In this document: in pieces, positions 1 through 12,800 of the stretch | How positions within the stretch are numbered: the first letter of the stretch is position 1 | How the letters are laid out: every line of letters starts with the position of its first letter | Assembly (NCBI GenBank): GCA_964016885.1 | Contig: OZ024743.1 | Span: forward strand, 354,454,001-354,518,000 | Direction: 5' to 3' | Length of the DNA: 64,000 nt | From: Eledone cirrhosa | Lineage: Eukaryota | The notes under the pieces: generated by a model | What the model was told of the DNA's origin: nothing | The model's database searches: none | The model's input: the letters and a program-made list of their open reading frames with translations, nothing else | Translations under genes and position numbers: made by a program

Positions 1-2411
1 TGTCCTCATGCTGGTTGTTGTTAGTGGTAGAGATTGAGGTTTTTGTGATTCTGGTAATGGTGATGCTGATGATTGTCCTCATGCTGGTTGTTGTTGGTGG
101 TAGAGATTGAGGATTTTGTGATTCTGGTAATGGTGATGCTGATGATTGTCCTCATGCTGGTTGTTGTTGGTGGTAGAGATTGAGGTTTTTGTGATTCTGG
201 TAATGGTGATGCTGATGATTGTCCTCATGCTGGTTGTTGTTAGTGGTAGAGATTGAGGTTTTTGTGATTCTGGTAATGGTGATGCTGATGATTGTCCTCA
301 TGCTGGTTGTTGTTAGTGGTAGAGATTGAGGTTTTTGTGATTCTGGTAATGGTGATGCTGATGATTGTCCTCATGCTGGTTGTTGTTGGTGGTAGAGATT
401 GAGGTTTTTGTGATTCTGGTAATGGTGATGCTGATGATTTTCCTCATGCTGGTTGTTGTTGGTGGTAGAGATTGAGGTTTTTGTGATTCTGGTAATGGTG
501 ATGCTGATGAATGTCCTCATGCTGGTTGTTGTTAGTGGTAGAGATTGAGGTTTTTGTGATTCTGGTAATGGTGATGCTGATGATTGTCCTCATGCTGGTT
601 GTTGTTGGTGGTAGAGATTGAGGTTTTTGTGATTCTGGTAATGGTGATGCTGATGATTGTCCTCATGCTGGTTGTTGTTAGTGGTAGAGATTGAGGTTTT
701 TGTGATTCTGGTAATGGTGATGCTGATGATTGTCCTCATGCTGGTTGTTGTTAGTGGTAGAGATTGAGGATTTTGTGATTCTGGTAATGGTGATGCTGAT
801 GATTGTCCTCATGCTGGTTGTTGTTGGTGGTAGAGATTGAGGTTTTTGTGATTCTGGTAATGGTGATGCTGATGATTGTCCTCATGCTGGTTGTTGTTAG
901 TGGTAGAGATTGAGGTTTTTGTGATTCTGGTAATGGTGATGCTGATGATTGTCCTCATGCTGGTTGTTGTTGGTGGTAGAGATTGAGGTTTTTGTGATTC
1001 TGGTAATGGTGATGCTGATGATTGTCCTCATGCTGGTTGTTGTTGGTGGTAGAGATTGAGGTTTTTGTGATTCTGGTAATGGTGATGCTGATGATTTTCC
1101 TCATGCTGGTTGTTGGTGGTGGTAGAGATTGAGGTTTTTCTGATTCTGGTAATGGTGATGCTGATGATTGTCCTCATGCTGGTTGTTGTTGGTGGTAGAG
1201 ATTGAGGTTTTTGTGATTATGGTAATGGTGATGCTGATGATTGTCCTCATGCTGGTTGTTGTTGGTGGTAGAGATTGAGGTTTTTGTGATTCTGGTAATG
1301 GTGATGCTGATGATTGTCCTCATGCTGGTTGTTGTTGTTGGTAGAGATTGAGGTTTTTGTGATTCTGGTAATGGTGATGCTGATGATTGTCCTCATGCTG
1401 GTTGTTGTTGGTGGTAGAGATTGAGGTTTTTGTGATTCTGGTAATGGTGATGCTGATGATTGTCCTCATGCTGGTTGTTGTTGGTGGTAGAGATTGAGGT
1501 TTTTGTGATTCTGGTAATGGTGATGCTGATGATTGTCCTCATGCTGGTTGTTGTGTTGGTGGTAGAGATTGAGGTTTTTGTGATTCTGGTAATGGTGATG
1601 CTGATGATTGTCCTCATGCTGGTTGTTGTTAGTGGTAGAGATTGAGGTTTTTGTGATTCTGGTAATGGTGATGCTGATGATTGTCTTCATGCTGGTTGCT
1701 GTTGGCGATAGAGATTGAGGTCTTTGTGATTCTGGTAATGGTGATGCTGATGATTGTCTTCATGCTGGTTGTTGTTGGTGATAGAGATTGAGGTTTTTGT
1801 GATTCTGGTAATGGTGATGCTGATGATTGTCCTCATGCTGGTTGTTGTTAGTGGTAGAGATTGAGGTTTTTGTGATTCTGGTAATGGTGATGCTGATGAT
1901 TGTCCTCATGCTGGTTGTTGTTGGTGGTAGAGATTGAGGTTTTTGTGATTCTGGTAATGGTGATGCTGATGATTGTCCTCATGCTGGTTGTTGTTAGTGG
2001 TAGAGATTGAGGTTTTTGTGATTCTGGTAATGGTGATGCTGATGATTGTCCTCATGCTGGTTGTTGTTGGTGGTAGAGATTGAGGATTTTGTGATTCTGG
2101 TAATGGTGATGCTGATGATTGTCCTCATGCTGGTTGTTGTTGGTGGTAGAGATTGAGGTTTTTGTGATTCTGGTAATGGCGATGCTGATGATTGTCCTCA
2201 TGCTGGTTGTTGTTAGTGGTAGAGATTGAGGTTTTTGTGATTCTGGTAATGGTGATGCTGATGATTGTCCTCATGCTGGTTGTTGTTGGTGGTAGAGATT
2301 GAGGTTTTTGTGATGCTGGTAATGGTGATGCTGATGATTGTCCTCATGCTGGTTGTTGTTGGTGGTAGAGATTGAGGTTTTTGTGATTCTGGTAATGGTG
2401 ATGCTGATGAT

Positions 2412-5400
2412 TGTCCTTATGCTGGTTGTTGTTGGTGGTAGAGATTGAGGTTTTTGTGATTCTGGTAATTGTGATGCTGATGAATGTCCTCATGCTGGTT
2501 GTTGTTGGTGGTAGAGATTGAGGTTTTTGTGATTCTGGTAATGGTGATGCTGATGATTGTCTTCATGTTGGTTGTTGTTGGTGGTAGAGATTGAGGTTTT
2601 TGTGATTCTGGTAATGGTGATGCTGATGATTGTCCTCATGCTGGTTGTTGTTGGTGGTAGAGATTGAGGTTTTTGTGATTCTGGTAATGGTGATGCTGAT
2701 GATTGTCCTCATGCTGGTTGTTGTTGGTGGTAGAGATTGAGGTTTTTGTAATTCTGGTAATGGTGATGCTGATGATTGTCCTCATGCTGGTTGTTGTTGT
2801 TGGTAGAGATTGAGGTTTTTGTGATTCTGGTAATGGTGATGCTGATGATTGTCCTCATGCTGGTTGTTGTTGGTGGTAGAGATTGAGGTTTTTGTGATTC
2901 TGGTAATGGTGATGCTGATGATTGTCCTCATGCTGGTTGTTGTTAGTGGTAGAGATTGAGGTTTTTGTGATTCTGGTAATGGTGATGCTGATGATTGTCC
3001 TCATGCTGGTTGTTGTTGGTGGTAGAGATTGAGGTTTTTGTGATTCTGGTAATGGTGATGCTGATGATTGTCCTCATGCTGGTTGTTGTTAGTGGTAGAG
3101 ATTGAGGTTTTTGTGATTCTGGTAATGGTGATGCTGATGATTGTCCTCATGCTGGTTGTTGTTAGTGGTAGAGATTGAGGATTTTGTGATTCTGGTAATG
3201 GTGATGCTGATGATTGTCCTCATGCTGGTTGTTGTTAGTGGTAGAGATTGAGGATTTTGTGATTCTGGTAATGGTGATGCTGATGATTGTCCTCATGCTG
3301 GTTGTTGTTGGTGGTAGAGATTGAGGTTTTTGTGATTCTGGTAATGGTGATGCTGATGATTGTCCTCATGCTGGTTGTTGTTAGTGGTAGAGATTGAGGT
3401 TTTTGTGATTCTGGTAATGGTGATGCTGATGATTGTCCTCATGCTGGTTGTTGTTGGTGGTAGAGATTGAGGTTTTTGTGATTCTGGTAATGGTGATGCT
3501 GATGATTGTCTTCATGCTGGTTGTTGTTGGTGGTAGAGATTGAGGTTTTTGTGATTCTGGTAATGGTGATGCTGATGATTGTCCTCATGCTGGTTGTTGT
3601 TGGTGGTAGAGATTGAGGTTTTTGTGATTCTGGTAATGGTGATGCTGATGATTGTCCTCATGCTGGTTGTTGTTAGTGGTAGAGATTGAGGTTTTTGTGA
3701 TTCTGGTAATGGTGATGCTGATGATTGTCCTTATGCTGGTTGTTGTTGGTGGTAGAGATTGAGGTTTTTGTGATACTGGTAATTGTGATGCTGATGAATG
3801 TCCTCATGCTGGTTGTTGTTGGTGGTAGAGATTGAGGTTTTTGTGATTCTGGTAATGGTGATGCTGATGATTGTCTTCATGTTGGTTGTTGTTGGTGGTA
3901 GAGATTGAGGTTTTTGTGATCCTGGTAATGGTGATGCTGATGATTGTCCTCATGCTGGTTGTTGTTGGTGGTAGAGATTGAGGTTTTTGTGATTCTGGTA
4001 ATGGTTATGCTGATGATTGTCCTCATGCTGGTTGTTGTTGGTGGTAGAGATTGAGGTTTTTGTAATTCTGGTAATGGTGATGCTGATGATTGTCCTCATG
4101 CTGGTTGTTGTTGTTGGTAGAGATTGAGGTTTTTGTGATTCTGGTAATGGTGATGCTGATGATTGTCCTCATGCTGGTTGTTGTTGGTGGTAGAGATTGA
4201 GGTTTTTGTGATTCTGGTAATGGTGATGCTGATGATTGTCCTCATGCTGGTTGTTGTTAGTGGTAGAGATTGAGGTTTTTGTGATTCTGGTAATGGTGAT
4301 GCTGATGATTGTCCTCATGCTGGTTGTTGTTGGTGGTAGAGATTGAGGTTTTTGTGATTCTGGTAATGGTGATGCTGATGATTGTCCTCATGCTGGTTGT
4401 TGTTAGTGGTAGAGATTGAGGTTTTTGTGATTCTGGTAATGGTGATGCTGATGATTGTCCTCATTCTGGTTGTTGTTAGTGGTAGAGATTGAGGATTTTG
4501 TGATTCTGGTAATGGTGATGCTGATGATTGTCCTCATGCTGGTTGTTGTTGGTGGTAGAGATTGAGGTTTTTGTGATTCTGGTAATGGTGATGCTGATGA
4601 TTGTCCTCATGCTGGTTGTTGTTAGTGGTAGAGATTGAGGTTTTTGTGATTCTGGTAATGGTGATGCTGATGATTGTCCTCATGCTGGTTGTTGTTGGTG
4701 GTAGAGATTGAGGTTTTTGTGATTCTGGTAATGGTGATGCTGATGATTGTCCTCATGCTGGTTGTTGTTAGTGGTAGAGATTGAGGTTTTTGTGATTCTG
4801 TTAATGGTGATGCTGATGATTGTCCTCATGCTGGTTGTTGTTGGTGGTAGAGATTGAGGATTTTGTGATTCTGGTAATGGTGATGCTGATGATTGTCCTC
4901 ATGCTGGTTGTTGTTGGTGGTAGAGATAGAGGTTTTTGTGATTCTGGTAATGGTGATGCTGATGATTGTCCTCATGCTGGTTGTTGTTAGTGGTAGAGAT
5001 TGAGGTTTTTGTGATTCTGGTAATGGTGATGCTGATGATTGTCCTCATGCTGGTTGTTGTTGGTGGTAGAGATTGAGGTTTTTGTGATTCTGGTAATGGT
5101 GATGCTGATGATTGTCCTCATGCTGGTTGTTGTTAGTGGTAGAGATTGAGGTTTTTGTGATTCTGGTAATGGTGATGCTGATGATTGTCCTCATGCTGGT
5201 TGTTGTTAGTGGTAGAGATTGAGGATTTTGTGATTCTGGTAATGGTGATGCTGATGATTGTCCTCATGCTGGTTGTTGTTGGTGGTAGAGATTGAGGTTT
5301 TTGTGATTCTGGTAATGGTGATGCTGATGATTGTCTTCATGCTGGTTGTTGTTGGTGGTAGAGATTGAGGTTTTTGTGATTCTGGTAATGGTGATGCTGA

Positions 5401-6860
5401 TGATTGTCCTCATGCTGGTTGTTGTTGGTGGTAGAGATTGAGGTTTTTGTGATTCTGGTAATGGTGATGCTGATGATTGTCCTCATGCTGGTTGTTGTTA
5501 GTGGTAGAGATTGAGGTTTTTGTGATTCTGGTAATGGTGATGCTGATGATTGTCCTTATGCTTGTTGTTGTTGGTGGTAGAGATTGAGGTTTTTGTGATA
5601 CTGGTAATTGTGATGCTGATGAATGTCCTCATGCTGGTTGTTGTTGGTGGTAGAGATTGAGGTTTTTGTGATTCTGGTAATGGTGATGCTGATGATTGTC
5701 TTCATGTTGGTTGTTGTTGGTGGTAGAGATTGAGGTTTTTGTGATCCTGGTAATGGTGATGCTGATGATTGTCCTCATGCTGGTTGTTGTTGGTGGTAGA
5801 GATTGAGGTTTTTGTGATTCTGGTAATGGTGATGCTGATGATTGTCCTCATGCTGGTTGTTGTTGGTGGTAGAGATTGAGGTTTTTGTAATTCTGGTAAT
5901 GGTGATGCTGATGATTGTCCTCATGCTGGTTGTTGTTGTTGGTAGAGATTGAGGTTTTTGTGATTCTGGTAATGGTGATGCTGATGATTGTCCTCATGCT
6001 GGTTGTTGTTGGTGGTAGAGATTGAGGTTTTTGTGATTCTGGTAATGGTGATGCTGATGATTGTCCTCATGCTGGTTGTTGTTAGTGGTAGAGATTGAGG
6101 TTTTTGTGATTCTGGTAATGGTGATGCTGATGATTGTCCTCATGCTGGTTGTTGTTGGTGGTAGAGATTGAGGTTTTTGTGATTCTGGTAATGGTGATGC
6201 TGATGATTGTCCTTATGCTTGTTGTTGTTGGTGGTAGAGATTGAGGTTTTTGTGATACTGGTAATGGTGATGCTGATGATTGTCCTCATTCTGGTTGTTG
6301 TTAGTGGTAGAGATTGAGGATTTTGTGATTCTGGTAATGGTGATGCTGATGATTGTCCTCATGCTGGTTGTTGTTGGTGGTAGAGATTGAGGTTTTTGTG
6401 ATTCTGGTAATGGTGATGCTGATGATTGTCCTCATGCTGGTTGTTGTTAGTGGTAGAGATTGAGGTTTTTGTGATTCTGGTAATGGTGATGCTGATGATT
6501 GTCCTCATGCTGGTTGTTGTTGGTGGTAGAGATTGAGGTTTTTGTGATTCTGGTAATGGTGATGCTGATGATTGTCCTCATGCTGGTTGTTGTTAGTGGT
6601 AGAGATTGAGGTTTTTGTGATTCTGTTAATGGTGATGCTGATGATTGTCCTCATGCTGGTTGTTGTTGGTGGTAGAGATTGAGGATTTTGTGATTCTGGT
6701 AATGGTGATGCTGATGATTGTCCTCATGCTGGTTGTTGTTGGTGGTAGAGATAGAGGTTTTTGTGATTCTGGTAATGGTGATGCTGATGATTGTCCTCAT
6801 GCTGGTTGTTGTTAGTGGTAGAGATTGAGGTTTTTGTGATTCTGGTAATGGTGATGCTGA
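2412..6860. repeat. Overlapping higher-order duplications in the homogeneous left zone: 18-mer (1314 bp) and 25-mer (1825 bp) offsets
   Basis: Marker CCTTATG at 2415, 3729 and 5554 (offsets 1314 = 18x73 and 1825 = 25x73). TCATTCTGG at 4461/6286 and ATAGAGG at 4926/6751 are also 1825 apart. Confidence 0.85.
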
Positions 6861-9800
6861 TGATTCTCTTCATGCTGGTTGTTGTTGGTGGTAGAGATTG
6901 AGGTTTTTGTGAATCTGGTAATGGTGATGCTGATGATTGTCTTCATACTGGTTGTTGTTGGTGGTAGAGATTGAGGTTTTTGTGATTCTGGTAATGGTGA
7001 TGCTGATGATTGTCTTCATGCTGGTTGTTGTTGGTGGTAGAGATTGAGGTTTTTGTGATTCTGGTAATGGTGATGCTGATGAGTGTCCTCATGCTGGTTG
7101 TTGTTAGTGGTAGAGATTGAGGTTTTTGTGATTCTGGTAATGGTGATGCTGATGATTGTCCTCATGCTGGTTGTTGCTGGTGGTAGGGATTGAGGTTTTT
7201 GTGATTCTGGTAATGGTGATGCTGATGATTGTCCTCATGCTGGTTGTTGTTAGTGGTAGAGATTGAGGTTTTTGTGATTCTGGTAATGGTGATGCTGATG
7301 ATTGTCCTCATGCTGGTTGTTGTTAGTGGTAGAGATTGAGGTTTTTGTGATTCTGGTAATGGTGATGCTGATGATTGTCCTCATGCTGGTTGTTGTTAGT
7401 GGTAGAGATTGAGGTTTTTGTGATTCTGGTAATGGTGATGCTGATGATTGTCCTCATGCTGGTTGTTGTTAGTGGTAGAGATTGAGGTTTTTGTGATTCT
7501 GGTAACGGTGATGCTGATGATTGTCCTCATGCTGGTTGTTGTTAGTGGTAGAGATTGAGGTTTTTGTGATTCTGGTAATGGTGATGCTGATGATTGTCCT
7601 CATGCTGGTTGTTGTTGGTGGTAGAGATTGAGGTTTTTGTAATTCTGGTAATGGTGATGCTGATGATTGGCCTCATGCTGGTTGTTGGTGGTGGTAGAGA
7701 TTGAGGTTTTTGTGATTCTGGTAATGGTGATGCTGATGATTGTCCTCATGCTGGTTGTTGTTGGTGGTAGAGATTGAGGTTTTTGTGATTCTTGTAATGG
7801 TGATGCGGATGATTGTCCTCATGCTGGTTGTTGTTGGTGGTAGAGATTGAGGTTTTGGTGATCCTGGAAATGGTGATGCTGATGATTGTCCTCATGCTGG
7901 TTGTTGTTGGTGGTAGAGATTGAGGTTTTTGTGATTCTGGTAATGGTGATGCTGATGATTGTCTTCATGCTGGTTGGTGTTGGTGATAGAGATTGAGGTC
8001 TTTGTGATTCTGGTAATGGTGATGCTGATGATTGTCCTCATGCTGGTTGTTGTTGGTGGTAGAGATTGAGGTTTTTTTGAATCTGGTAATGGTGAATCTG
8101 ATGATTGTCTTCATGCTGGTTGTTGTTGGTGATAGAGATTGAGGTCTCTGTGATTCTGGTAATGGTGATGCTGATGATTGTCTTCATGCTGGTTGTTATT
8201 GGTGATAGAGATTGAGGTTTTTGTGATTCTGGTAATGGTGATGCTGATGATTGTCTTTATGCTGGTTGTTGTTGGTGGTAGAGATTGAGGTTTTTGTGAT
8301 TCTGGTAATGGTGATGCTGATGATTGTCCTCATGCTGGTTGTTGTTGGTGGTAGAGATTGAGGTTTTTGTGATTCTGGTAATGGTGATGCTGATGATTGT
8401 CCTCATGCTGGTTGTTGTTAGTGGTAGAGATTGAGGTTTTTGTGATTCTGGTAATGGTGATGCTGATGATTGTCCTCATGCTGGTTGTTGTTAGTGGTAG
8501 AGATTGAGGATTTTGTGATTCTGGTAATGGTGATGCTGATGATTGTCCTCATGCTGGTTGTTGTTGGTGGTAGAGATTGAGGTTTTTGTGATTCTGGTAA
8601 TGGTGATGCTGATGATTGTCCTCATGCTGGTTGTTGTTAGTGGTAGAGATTGAGGTTTTTGTGATTCTGGTAATGGTGATGCTGATGATTGCCCTCATGC
8701 TGGTTGTTGTTGGTGGTAGAGATTGAGGTTTTTGTGATTCTGGTAATGGTGATGCTGATGATTGTCCTCATGCTGGTTGTTGTTAGTGGTAGAGATTGAG
8801 GTTTTTGTGATTCTGGTAATGGTGATGCTGATGATTGTCCTCATGCTGGTTGTTGTTGGTGGTAGAGATTGAGAATTTTGTGATTCTGGTAATGGTGATG
8901 CTGGTGATTGTCCTCATGCTGGTTGTTGTTGGTGGTAGAGATTGAGGTTTTTGTGATTCTGGTAATGGTGATGCTGATGATTGTCCTCATGCTGGTTGTT
9001 GTTAGTGGTAGAGATTGAGGTTTTTGTGATTCTGGTAATGGTGATGCTGATGATTGTCCTCATGCTGGTTGTTGTTGGTGGTAGAGATTGAGGTTTTTGT
9101 GATTCTGGTAATGGTGATGCTGATGATTGTCCTCATGCTGGTTGTTGTTAGTGGTAGAGATTGAGGTTTTTGTGATTCTGGTAATGGTGATGCTGATGAT
9201 TGTCCTCATGCTGGTTGTTGTTAGTGGTAGAGATTGAGGATTTTGTGATTCTGGTAATGGTGATGCTGATGATTGTCCTCATGCTGGTTGTTGTTGGTGG
9301 TAGAGATTGAGGTTTTTGTGATTCTGGTAATGGTGATGCTGATGATTGTCCTCATGCTGGTTGTTGTTAGTGGTAGAGATTGAGGTTTTTGTGATTCTGG
9401 TAATGGTGATGCTGATGATTGTCCTCATGCTGGTTGTTGTTGGTGGTAGAGATTGAGGTTTTTGTGATTCTGGTAATGGTGATGCTGATGATTGTCTTCA
9501 TGCTGGTTGTTGTTGGTGGTAGAGATTGAGGTTTTTGTGATTCTGGTAATGGTGATGCTGATGATTGTCCTCATGCTGGTTGTTGTTGGTGGTAGAGATT
9601 GAGGTTTTTGTGATTCTGGTAATGGTGATGCTGATGATTGTCCTCATGCTGGTTGTTGTTAGTGGTAGAGATTGAGGTTTTTGTGATTCTGGTAATGGTG
9701 ATGCTGATGATTCTCTTCATGCTGGTTGTTGTTGGTGGTAGAGATTGAGGTTTTTGTGAATCTGGTAATGGTGATGCTGATGATTGTCTTCATACTGGTT

Positions 9801-12800
9801 GTTGTTGGTGGTAGAGATTGAGGTTTTTGTGATTCTGGTAATGGTGATGCTGATGATTGTCTTCATGCTGGTTGTTGTTGGTGGTAGAGATTGAGGTTTT
9901 TGTGATTCTGGTAATGGTGATGCTGATGATTGTCCTCATGCTGGTTGTTGTTAGTGGTAGAGATTGAGGTTTTTGTGATTCTGGTAATGGTGATGCTGAT
10001 GATTTTCCTCATGCTGGTTGTTGTTAGTGGTAGAGATTGAGGTTTTTGTGATTCTGGTAATGGTGATGCTGATGATTGTCCTCATGCTGGTTGTTGTTAG
10101 TGGTAGAGATTGAGGTTTTTGTGATTCTGGTAATGGTGATGCTGATGATTGTCCTCATGCTGGTTGTTGTTGGTGGTAGAGATTGAGGTTTTTGGAATTC
10201 TGGTAATGGTGATGCTGATGATTGGCCTCATGCTGGTTGTTGGTGGTGGTAGAGATTGAGGTTTTTGTGATTCTGGTAATGGTGATGATGATGATTGTCC
10301 TCATGCTGGTTGTTGTTGGTGGTAGAGATTGAGGTTTTTGTGGTTCTTGTAATGGTGATGCGGATGATTGTCCTCATGCTGGTTGTTGTTGGTGGTAGAG
10401 ATTGAGGTTTTTGTGATCCTGGTAATGGTGATGCTGATGATTGTCCTCATGCTGGTTGTTGTTGGTGGTAGAGATTGAGGTTTTTGTGATTCTGGTAATG
10501 GTGATGCTGATGATTGTCTTCATGCTGGTTGTTGTTGGTGATAGAGATTGAGGTCTTTGTGATTCTGGTAATGGTGATGCTGATGATTGTCCTCATGCTG
10601 GTTGTTGTTGGTGGTAGAGATTGAGGTTTTTTTGAATCTGGTAATGGTGAATCTGATGATTGTCTTCATGCTGGTTGTTGTTGGTGATAGAGATTGAGGT
10701 CTCTGTGATTCTGGTAATGGTGATGCTGATGATTGTCTTCATGCTGGTTGTTGTTGGTGATAGAGATTGAGGTTTTTGTGATTCTGGTAATGGTGATGCT
10801 GATGATTGTCTTTATGCTGGTTGTTGTTGGTGGTAGAGATTGAGGTTTTTGTGATTCTGGTAATGGTGATGCTGATGATTGTCCTCATGCTTGTTGTTGT
10901 TGGTGGTAGAGATTGAGGTTTTTGTGATTCTGGTAATGGTGATGCTGATGATTGTCCTCATGCTGGTGTTGCTGGTGGTAGAGATTGAGGTTTTTGTGAT
11001 TCTGGTAATGGTGAATCTGATGATTGTCTTCATGCTGGTTGTTGTTGGTGATAGAGATTGAGGTCTCTGTGATTCTGGTAATGGTGATGCTGATGATTGT
11101 CTTCATGCTGGTTGTTGTTGGTGATAGAGATTGAGGTTTTTGTGATTCTGGTAATGGTGATGCTGATGATTGTTTTCATGCTGGTTGATGTTGGTGGTAG
11201 AGATTGAGGTTTTTGTGATTCTGGTAATGGTGATGCTGATGATTGTCTTTATGCTGGTTGTTGTTGGTGGTAGAGATTGAGGTTTTTGTGATTCTGGTAA
11301 TGGTGATGCTGATGATTGTCCTCATGCTGGTTGTTGTTGGTGGTAGAGATTGAGGTTTTTGTGATTCTGGTAATGGTGATGCTGATGATTGTCCTCATGC
11401 TGGTTGTTGTTAGTGGTAGAGATTGAGGTTTTTGTGATTCTGGTAATGGTGATGCTGATGATTGTCCTCATGCTGGTTGTTGTTGGTGGTAGAGATTGAG
11501 GTTTTTGTGATTCTGGTAATGGTGATGCTGATGATTGTCCTCATGCTGGTTGTTGTTGGTGGTAGAGATTGAGGTTTTTGTGATTCTGGTAACGGTGATG
11601 CTGATGATTGTCCTCATGCTGGTTGTTGTTGGTGGTAGAGATTGAGGTTTTTGTGATTCTGGTAATGGTGATGCTGATGATTGTCCTCATGCTGGTTGTT
11701 GTTAGTGGTAGAGATTGAGGTTTTTGTGATTCTGGTAATGGTGATGCTGATGATTCTCTTCATGCTGGTTGTTGTTGGTGGTAGAGATTGAGGTTTTTGT
11801 GAATCTGGTAATGGTGATGCTGATGATTGTCTTCATGCTGGTTGTTGTTGGTGGTAGAGATTGAGGTTTTTGTGATTCTGGTAATGGTGATGCTGATGAT
11901 TGTCCTCATGCTGGTTGTTGTTAGTGGTAGAGATTGAGGTTTTTGTGATTCTGGTAATGGTGATGCTGATGATTGTCCTCATGCTGGTTGTTGCTGGTGG
12001 TAGGGATTGAGGTTTTTGTGATTCTGGTAATGGTGATGCTGATGATTGTCCTCATGCTGGTTGTTGTTAGTGGTAGAGATTGAGGTTTTTGTGATTCTGG
12101 TAATGGTGATGCTGATGATTGTCCTCATGCTGGTTGTTGTTAGTGGTAGAGATTGAGGTTTTTGTGATTCTGGTAATGGTGATGCTGATGATTGTCCTCA
12201 TGCTGGTTGTTGTTAGTGGTAGAGATTGAGGTTTTTGTGATTCTGGTAATGGTGATGCTGATGATTTTCCTCATGCTGGTTGTTGTTAGTGGTAGAGATT
12301 GAGGTTTTTGTGATTCTGGTAATGGTGATGCTGATGATTGTCCTCATGCTGGTTGTTGTTAGTGGTAGAGATTGAGGTTTTTGTGATTCTGGTAATGGTG
12401 ATGCTGATGATTGTCCTCATGCTGGTTGTTGTTGGTGGTAGAGATTGAGGTTTTTGTAATTCTGGTAATGGTGATGCTGATGATTGGCCTCATGCTGGTT
12501 GTTGGTGGTGGTAGAGATTGAGGTTTTTGTGATTCTGGTAATGGTGATGCTGATGATTGTCCTCATGCTGGTTGTTGTTGGTGGTAGAGATTGAGGTTTT
12601 TGTGATTCTTGTAATGGTGATGCGGATGATTGTCCTCATGCTGGTTGTTGTTGGTGGTAGAGATTGAGGTTTTTGTGATCCTGGTAATGGTGATGCTGAT
12701 GATTGTCCTCATGCTGGTTGTTGTTGGTGGTAGAGATTGAGGTTTTTGTGATTCTGGTAATGGTGATGCTGATGATTGTCTTCATGCTGGTTGTTGTTGG

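Noticed and set aside
1-73. Tandem tRNA genes or tRNA-derived repeat (73 nt is tRNA-sized)
   Set aside because: With only 6 C and 11 A against 25 G and 31 T, no cloverleaf can be drawn, and there is no GTTCRA B-box.
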